Assembly (NCBI GenBank): GCA_018829985.1
Contig: JAHJSU010000251.1
Location: 1 to 43,247, forward strand
Source of the DNA: Elusimicrobiota bacterium
Lineage (GTDB): Bacteria > Elusimicrobiota > Elusimicrobia > Elusimicrobiales > UBA9959
Direction of reading: 5' to 3'
Length of the DNA: 43,247 nucleotides
Under the pieces are notes generated by a model. That model was not told the origin of the DNA. It was given only the letters and a program-made list of their open reading frames with translations, and did not search any database. This document shows, piece after piece, positions 37,162-43,247 of the stretch. The position numbers and the translations under genes are program-made. The stretch's first letter is position 1. Every line of letters starts with the position of its first letter.

Positions 37162-37947
37162 AAGGAATTCAGGATTATACGCATATTACTATTATTATTC
37201 ATCCCCGTTCTGCTGTTCGCGGGGGAAAGCGGCTGGAACACCCGGTGGACGTCCCATTTCCTGATCCACCAGGAAAACAGCCGGTCCGCTAAGGGGGTCG
37301 GCGCGGAGATGGAGAAGATCTTCCGCGGCCTGCGGAAAGAACTGTGGTCATTAAGTTCGTGGATGGACACGGAAAAGGTGGAGGTATATCTTTATAAGGA
37401 CCGCAAAAGCTATCTTGAGGGCCGGTTCAAGCCGCCTGAATGGTCCGGCGGAATGGTTTATAAATCCGGGCGTCGCGGCGCGCAATGGTCGCTGGCCGTA
37501 TATGAGCCCTTCAGCCCGAAAACCGTCGCCCATGAACTGACGCATTTATATTTTGCGAGTTTCTTTAAACGGGTTCCCGGGCGCCTCCCTCTTTGGCTTA
37601 ACGAGGGCCTGGCTGTAATGATGGTGGAGGAGACGGCCGGCCGGGTGAAGCCCTCGTACCGCGGGCCTCCCGTGGACAAGGCGATCCCGGCGGAGGTTTT
37701 CTTAAAGCTGAAGAAGATCCCAAATTCCGATTCCGGTTCCGTGCAGGATTTTTATTCGCAGGCGCACAGCGTCGTCCGCTTTCTTAAAAAGGGGAATTCC
37801 CCGTTCAAATTTGAGAAATTCTGCCGGCAGCTGCGGGACGGGGAACAGGTTGAGCGCGCTTTATTCAGCGCTTACGGCTTCGGCAGCATGGAAAAGTTCG
37901 AGAAGGCCTGGAAAAAATGGGCCGCCCCGCCCGGCCCCGGCAAGTAA
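37120..37947 (+). CDS. Exported gluzincin-type (peptidase MA-like) metallopeptidase
   Basis: Signal-like RILLLLFIPVLLFA; HELTH...PLWLNEGLA; FY.QA.S.V.FL. The first start codon (GTG 37120) lies in a MITE. Confidence 0.8.
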   Translation: MKLRAFCASVVSSYKEFRIIRILLLLFIPVLLFAGESGWNTRWTSHFLIHQENSRSAKGVGAEMEKIFRGLRKELWSLSSWMDTEKVEVYLYKDRKSYLEGRFKPPEWSGGMVYKSGRRGAQWSLAVYEPFSPKTVAHELTHLYFASFFKRVPGRLPLWLNEGLAVMMVEETAGRVKPSYRGPPVDKAIPAEVFLKLKKIPNSDSGSVQDFYSQAHSVVRFLKKGNSPFKFEKFCRQLRDGEQVERALFSAYGFGSMEKFEKAWKKWAAPPGPGK

Positions 37948-37957
37948 TCCTTATTTC

Positions 37958-38009
37958 GTAACCACTCAGGTAGCCGCAGGCTTTAGCCTGCGTCCGCCTA
38001 AGGCGGACG
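37958..38009 (+). mobile_element. Orphan GTAAC TIR fused to GTAG-type REP and GTCCGCC hairpin
   Basis: GTAACCACTCAG-GTAGCCGCAGGCTTTAGCCTGCG-TCCGCCTAAGGCGGAC. No matching right end with TSD CTTATTTC seen in the window. Confidence 0.65.
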
Positions 38010-38024
38010 ACTATTTTCCCTTTT

Positions 38025-38566
38025 TCAATACAACATTAAAGGTGTTTCTTCAATCTTGCCGATTACCGGATTCACTTTAATGCCCAACATCTCTAATGTA
38101 ACGCAGCCTATTAAAACTTTGTCTATGATATCGGATATCCAGATTGTCTGAATATCCTCTTTCTTGCCGATAGTGATAATAATTCTGCCCTTGTCTATTT
38201 CAATATTCCCCGCGCCGGTTTCAACCTGTTCCCTCATAAATGTTTGAATGCCTAATTCATCAGCAAGAACTCTTGGTATGGTGGTTAAAGTAGCGCCGGC
38301 ATCTATCAATCCTTTCACATCTTTAGCCCTGGTTTTATCGGTGTTTGCTATATGCACATCAATCGTAACTACTCAGGCCTGTCTCGCGCAAAGCCGCAAA
38401 GCTCGCAAAGAAAAGTCCAAACCCCGAATTATAAGCCATTTACAAATTGTATTATGCATCCTTTCTTTGCGCCTTTGCGCCTTTGCGCGAGTATCAGTTT
38501 TGATTAAATTCCTGATAACTTTATCCCGCTACCTGAGCAGTTACCATTAATCCATGTATGACCCAT
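38025..38566 (-). pseudogene. Clan AA aspartyl protease (AF_0612-like) interrupted by a MITE
   Basis: GAGGAG SD + ATG 38566 gives MGHTWIN, then the MITE, then VHIANTDK...LIDAGATLTTIP...LIGCVTLEMLGIKVNPV. AT-rich. Catalytic DTG appears as DAG. Confidence 0.85.
38365..38544. mobile_element. GTAAC-TIR MITE, cargo type D (CGCAAAG units), 180 bp
   Basis: GTAACTACTCAGG...CCTGAGCAGTTAC; TSD CATCAATC / CATTAATC; arms cgcgcaaagccgcaaag / ctttgcgcctttgcgcctttgcgcg. Confidence 0.9.
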
Positions 38567-38593
38567 ATTTTTGTCTCCTCTGGTTTTACTCTG

Positions 38594-38838
38594 TTTAAAT
38601 AAATGGTGTCTGTCCCTGATTTTTTTATAAACTTTGAATCTTTAAACAACGTCCCCTATCCCCTGTCCGCCGAAGCTGTAGTGGCGGAAGGGGGGAGGAG
38701 GTTTGCTTCCAGGGCTTAAGTGACCGGCATTACCCTCAAGCCTGCGCGTTTTGCGCCTTTTTGCGGCACTCATCAAACTGCCTCTCTGCGACCTCTGTGG
38801 TGAAATTCTTTAAATAAATGGTGTCAATAAATGGTGTC
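38594..38838. repeat. Direct repeats TTTAAATAAATGGTGTC bracketing degenerate repeat fragments
   Basis: 17-mer at 38594-38610 and 38809-38825, plus tandem AATAAATGGTGTC at 38826-38838. Confidence 0.7.
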
Positions 38839-38849
38839 TATCAGTTTTG

Positions 38850-41800
38850 TCAGTTGCAGGTGCAATTTCCGGTTGTTGTGTCAATAGCCACGCAGTAACC
38901 GAGGTCGGCGGCTGTTTTTAAACAAACAACCTGGCCTACCGATGCAGTGCCAAGAGCAGCTTTTGTGGTATCGTATACCGTTATGTTTCCGGTGCCATCA
39001 AATGACACACCGTTTATGGTCCTGGCAGTAGTAAGCTTGGTCGCGGAAAAAACCGCTTTAACACTATCAGCAGTATTATCCGCGCTGCCCAACCCGACAT
39101 CCGACTTGGTTACGGTTACATTGCCTGAAAGGGCTTGACCATTGACAGTCCTTGTGGTCGGAACTTTTGAGGAATCGTATATCGTTATATTTGCGGTGCC
39201 GTCAAATGCCACCGTGTTTATGGTCCTGGCGGTAGCAAGCGCGGTCGCGGTAGCCGCGAGGCCGGTGTCATTGCCGGTACCGCCGTTGGCGACGGCGACG
39301 GTGCCGGTAACATTGGCGGCGGTGCCGGAGACATTGATGCCCCAGGTGCCGCCGATGATGCCGGCCTGGGTCTTGATCTGGGTCGTAAAATTAGCCAGCG
39401 TGTAATACCTTAGAAAAGCATCACTTGATGCGTATACTCTGGTAATCGGGGTTGTGCCGTTGTTGCCGGAAACAGTATTTATCCAGCCAAGATAGGTATA
39501 GGTGTCGGCGCTGGTCCTCACCACCTGGTTGGCGCTAGGAGCGACTCCTGCGGCAGCGGCGTACAGCCCGTCCACCTTATCGGCATTGCCGACGGTGACA
39601 TTGGCGGGCGATACATAGCGCAGGAATTTATCCCCGCCCCATTCCCCCGCAAGGTACTCCGGATTGTCGGTCCTGACATTTGCGTCCATATTGAAGTAAT
39701 TGGCGTAGACATAGCCCGGAAAAGTTGTGTTGCCACTCGCATCCAGTAATGTGGCTGTCCGGACAAGGGTTCCCCACGGGTTGCCGCTCAAATCCTGGTA
39801 TTGCCGGACATAGATCGGCTCCGTCCCGTCATCGGCAGTGGCTATCTCCAGGTAACCATTGTTATAACCCGTATCTCCACCCCTGGCTCTGATATAATCA
39901 TTAGTTCCGACGGTAGCCTGAATATAACTTGAGCCGCCTGTAGTAGTGCCGTTAAATTGGTTGGCCGTAATGGTGCTGGCGGAAAAATCGCCGTTGGCGT
40001 CGCGCCGGACTATGGTGTTGCCGACATTGGCGTCGGTGGACCGCACCCAACTGGGCGCGGCGGCCCCGTTGGCCTGCAACAGGTAATTGGCCGCGCCGGC
40101 CCCCAGCATGGCCGTGGTGTTGGCCGCCGACTGATACGGGACCGAACCCAAAGCCCCGCCTGCAAGATGCGTGGCGGTGGACGCCGTGCCGCCGAAAGTG
40201 ACGGCCGTGATGTTGCGGGCGGCAAAATCGCCGCCGGCGTCGCGCCGCACTATCGTATCCCCCACATTGGACCTGGTGGACTGAATCCAACTGGGCGCGG
40301 CGGTGCCGTTGGCCTGCAGCAGATAATCGGCCGCGCCGGCCGCAAGCGCGCTCGTGACTCCGAGGCCGGAGAAATACGGCACCGCGCCGGTCGTGGCCGC
40401 GCTCAGGTCAGACCCGGTGCCGCCGTTGGCGGCGGGCAGTATCCCGCTGACCTCGCTGGTCAATGCCACGTTCCCCGCCGTAAAAGCGGAGCCCCCGCTG
40501 GCATGCACTACGCCCGTCAGGGTGGCGGCGCCCGTGCCGCCGTTGGCGACAGGCAGTATCCCGCTGACCTCGCTGGTCAAGACCACATTGCCCGCGGTAA
40601 AAGCGGAGGTCCCGCTTGCGTGCACCACGCCCGTCAGGCTGGTCGCGCCCGTGCCGCCGTAAGGAACCGTTATCGTGTCGCCGTTCCAGGTCGTGTTGGA
40701 CAGCACGCCTCCGGCCGACATCCTCTGCGTGCCGCCGGTCCGTAACACACCGGACAGGTTGATGTCCCCGGCCGCGTCCAGTTTATATTGCGGGCTATTC
40801 GTGCCTATGCCGGTCATCCCGCCCGGCGCCGTGGAAAGATAGACATCGTTGGTAACGATCAGCGCGTTAAAAATGGCCGCCGAGGCCGAGCGCTGCTCGA
40901 TGTTGCCGTCCACCACTATATTGCCGCCCACTATCAGGTCTTCCTTATTGTCGGAAGCATAAGGGTTGTAGGGCGTGCCCAGCACCAGATCCCCGCCCCT
41001 GATATTGAGCTTTGCTACGGGGTATTGCGTGCCTATGCCCACGTTGCCGCCCGTGTTCAGCACCAGCCCGTCCAGCGCGCCCGCGCGCAGTATGACTTTG
41101 CCGGTATTGTTCAGATCGGCGTCGGACTGCACCACGGCGTCCTCATTATGCGAGATGGCGCCCGCCGAAAGGCCGCCGAGATCGGCGCTGGTCAGGGTGG
41201 TGCCGTCGGCAAATATAATGCCGTTGGAAACGGAACCCGTTATCCTTATGTTCCCGTTGACGGTAAGCTTCCAGTTCGGGTCGAGCACAGCCGTTCCCAT
41301 GCCCACATTACCCATCCAGGAACTGACGAAAATGGCCGGCGTGGTGTTGTTGGTGCCGGTGGAAACCCAGAACACACTGTTGTAGATCCGGTAATAGTCG
41401 CCGTCCACCAGCGATTTGGTGTTGCCGACGACGAGGGCCAGGTTATTGCCGGTCTGGGTTTCAAAGCGCGCCGCCTCCGTTGGCCCGCGGTAGAAATAAA
41501 GCTTTGAATTGCCGGTTCCGGCGCCGGACAGCAGATACGCCGAGGCGTCGTCGTTGGCGACCAGGCCGCCGCCTATCTGCAGATACTGCGACGGCGCGAA
41601 GCTGAAGTTTGCCGCGCCGATGCCCAGGCGGTTGGAAACGAGAATATCGCTTAAAGCCGCAACCGGGTTGGTAAAGGTGTTCAGCCCCGTGAACGTCTGG
41701 GTGGACGCCAGGTAGCCGGGAAAACCCTGGTCGGACCCCACGCGGCCGATCACCGTCAGGTCGCCGTATATGGTCGTCGAGGAAAGATGCACCCAGCTGC

Positions 41801-43247
41801 CCAGGCCGGAGTTGGCGGTGAAATTTCCGTCTACGGTCACCGCGCCGGAGAATGCGCCGGTGGCGGCGATTACGCCGTCGGACCTCACGCTGCCGCGCAC
41901 ATGAAGCTTCTCTTTGGGGCTGTCCGTGCCGATGCCCACATTGTAGCTGTTCGTCTGCTGGAGAAGAAGATGATAGTTGTCTTCGGAGCGGACCTCGTTC
42001 AAGAGATTGGCCCAGGGCGATTTAGAATAACCGCCTATCGCCACCCGGGCGCCGCGCACGCCCGTGTTGGCCGCGATGTCGCCCGCAGCCTGGAAATTAT
42101 CGACGGGATCGGCAAGCCCGCCCACGCTCACGTTGCCGCCGGTGCTGATCCTCATCGCCTCGACGCCGGCGCCGCTGGGCCCGCCGGTCAGGAAAATCAT
42201 CGGCTGGTACTGGCCCGTACCACCTTTTTCCTGATAAAATTCCAGGCCGTTGGAGGTCATGGCTATGACGCCGCGCGTATAATTGACCGGGGTCCCCGTG
42301 GATGTGTCAACCTGCGTGTAAAGTTCCAGCGCGGAGGAATTGGGGGAATCATTATCCCTCGGCATCAGCCTGAAAACCGCGTTGGCCGAGGTCTTCGGCC
42401 TGGACACCAGATAGCCGCGGGGATAGATGGCGAAATTGCCGGCCGTGTTGGCGATGTTCCCGCTGACCTCCAGCCTCTCCGACGGCGCGGCCACGCCCAC
42501 GCCCAGGTTGCCGTTTGAGGCCAGCACGCGCGCCCGCTCGGTGTTGTAGATCTGCAGGATGATATCCCCGGCCCCCGAATTGTCCGAGTCGGAGATGACG
42601 ACGGCGTCCGAAGGATTTGTAAGGTTGCCCGCACCCGCCACGCCGGCCGTGTTCTGAACCGTCCCGTCCGGAAAATAATACCCGTCGCTTAAAATCCTTA
42701 TGCCGCCGTTGACCGTAAGCTTCTTGTCCGGGTACAGCGGATTGGACGACATGTCGCCTATGCCTACATTGCCGGAAGCCGTGGCCAGCAGGACCTGGCA
42801 GGCGGCGGTCAGCGTTGACACTGAAATGGAAGCGCCGTCTTCAATTTTCTTCGCCACTATGGCGTAAACAGCGCTGCTCAACGGCTCCCTCGGAGACAGC
42901 ACTTCGCTTTCCACTCCGATGCGCACCTGCACTTCCAGATACAGCTGTTCCGCGCGGGAAAAAACGTCCCAGCACGGGGCTATCGAAGCGCTGAAGATGC
43001 CCTGAGTGGCGGTCACCTTTATTTCAGAACCCGGACAGCCCGGCGTCGGCCAGCGCAGCGTCCCGCCTTCGGCGGCGTTGTATAGGCTGAATGTCAGGTG
43101 CACGTCGCCGGTGACGGGCGTGTTATCCCGTTCAAGGCGGCCCTGGTAATTCAGCGAACCGGGAACCGCGCCGGGCGTTATTTCCCCGGCCAGGGCGGGA
43201 AAAACAAAAACGCACAGTAAGCTGGACGCTAACGCAAGCTTTTTAAA
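38850..43247 (-). CDS. Giant secreted phage-tail-fibre-like / trimeric fibre adhesin (>1465 aa, start beyond window)
   Basis: Frame open to the window edge with signal peptide FKKLALASSLLCVFVFPALA and VPGSLNYQGRL; repeated GNVGIG..P..KL.V.G modules, LPVANGGTG repeats, IVRRDA.GDF repeats, TARTIN.V.FDGT.NIT repeats and a Cys-rich C-terminus. Confidence 0.85.
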   Translation of the reverse strand, partial: FKKLALASSLLCVFVFPALAGEITPGAVPGSLNYQGRLERDNTPVTGDVHLTFSLYNAAEGGTLRWPTPGCPGSEIKVTATQGIFSASIAPCWDVFSRAEQLYLEVQVRIGVESEVLSPREPLSSAVYAIVAKKIEDGASISVSTLTAACQVLLATASGNVGIGDMSSNPLYPDKKLTVNGGIRILSDGYYFPDGTVQNTAGVAGAGNLTNPSDAVVISDSDNSGAGDIILQIYNTERARVLASNGNLGVGVAAPSERLEVSGNIANTAGNFAIYPRGYLVSRPKTSANAVFRLMPRDNDSPNSSALELYTQVDTSTGTPVNYTRGVIAMTSNGLEFYQEKGGTGQYQPMIFLTGGPSGAGVEAMRISTGGNVSVGGLADPVDNFQAAGDIAANTGVRGARVAIGGYSKSPWANLLNEVRSEDNYHLLLQQTNSYNVGIGTDSPKEKLHVRGSVRSDGVIAATGAFSGAVTVDGNFTANSGLGSWVHLSSTTIYGDLTVIGRVGSDQGFPGYLASTQTFTGLNTFTNPVAALSDILVSNRLGIGAANFSFAPSQYLQIGGGLVANDDASAYLLSGAGTGNSKLYFYRGPTEAARFETQTGNNLALVVGNTKSLVDGDYYRIYNSVFWVSTGTNNTTPAIFVSSWMGNVGMGTAVLDPNWKLTVNGNIRITGSVSNGIIFADGTTLTSADLGGLSAGAISHNEDAVVQSDADLNNTGKVILRAGALDGLVLNTGGNVGIGTQYPVAKLNIRGGDLVLGTPYNPYASDNKEDLIVGGNIVVDGNIEQRSASAAIFNALIVTNDVYLSTAPGGMTGIGTNSPQYKLDAAGDINLSGVLRTGGTQRMSAGGVLSNTTWNGDTITVPYGGTGATSLTGVVHASGTSAFTAGNVVLTSEVSGILPVANGGTGAATLTGVVHASGGSAFTAGNVALTSEVSGILPAANGGTGSDLSAATTGAVPYFSGLGVTSALAAGAADYLLQANGTAAPSWIQSTRSNVGDTIVRRDAGGDFAARNITAVTFGGTASTATHLAGGALGSVPYQSAANTTAMLGAGAANYLLQANGAAAPSWVRSTDANVGNTIVRRDANGDFSASTITANQFNGTTTGGSSYIQATVGTNDYIRARGGDTGYNNGYLEIATADDGTEPIYVRQYQDLSGNPWGTLVRTATLLDASGNTTFPGYVYANYFNMDANVRTDNPEYLAGEWGGDKFLRYVSPANVTVGNADKVDGLYAAAAGVAPSANQVVRTSADTYTYLGWINTVSGNNGTTPITRVYASSDAFLRYYTLANFTTQIKTQAGIIGGTWGINVSGTAANVTGTVAVANGGTGNDTGLAATATALATARTINTVAFDGTANITIYDSSKVPTTRTVNGQALSGNVTVTKSDVGLGSADNTADSVKAVFSATKLTTARTINGVSFDGTGNITVYDTTKAALGTASVGQVVCLKTAADLGYCVAIDTTTGNCTCN

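Noticed and set aside
37958-38544. One single insertion event from 37958 to 38544
   Set aside because: Flanks CTTATTTC / CATTAATC match only 4/8, whereas the inner element 38365-38544 has a 7/8 TSD and its removal restores the protease frame.
39960-40660. Diversity-generating retroelement TR/VR pair
   Set aside because: The duplications are in-frame protein repeats with mismatches not restricted to adenines, and no reverse transcriptase is present.
38850-43247. Prophage tail gene
   Set aside because: Has a Sec signal peptide, and no other phage genes are in the window.

Overview
GC-rich chromosomal window from a diderm, LPS-making bacterium (kdtA present; the overall style is reminiscent of Elusimicrobiota, but this cannot be proven from the sequence). 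The backbone is mostly housekeeping: HI0933 flavoprotein, fba, an atypical transketolase, era, tldD/tldE, AmmeMemoRadiSam radical SAM, DAG kinase, tRNA-Arg(UCG), yebC-ruvCAB, spoIID, queA-tgt-yajC-secDF and kdtA. An envelope cluster carries two lipoproteins, a PorV-like barrel, a secreted M4/M36-type protease with an FlgD-Ig/T9SS-like tail and a HEAT protein. A giant secreted tail-fibre-like adhesin runs off the right edge. The most striking signal is non-coding: most larger intergenic gaps hold small repeat elements. (1) A modular MITE family (11 complete copies plus 2 single ends) shares GTAAC(T/C)(A/G)CTCAG terminal inverted repeats and 8-bp target duplications (IS66/ISBst12-like) but carries at least six unrelated palindromic cargoes; copies nest, one disrupts a protease gene and two supply stop codons. 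(2) 'Periodic palindromes' are built from 6-9-nt tandem units, some capped by conserved ~26-28-bp palindromes. (3) GTAG-type and GGCGGA-type REP-like hairpins occur, several apparently translated in-frame inside proteins. No transposase, integrase, CRISPR array or cas gene is present.
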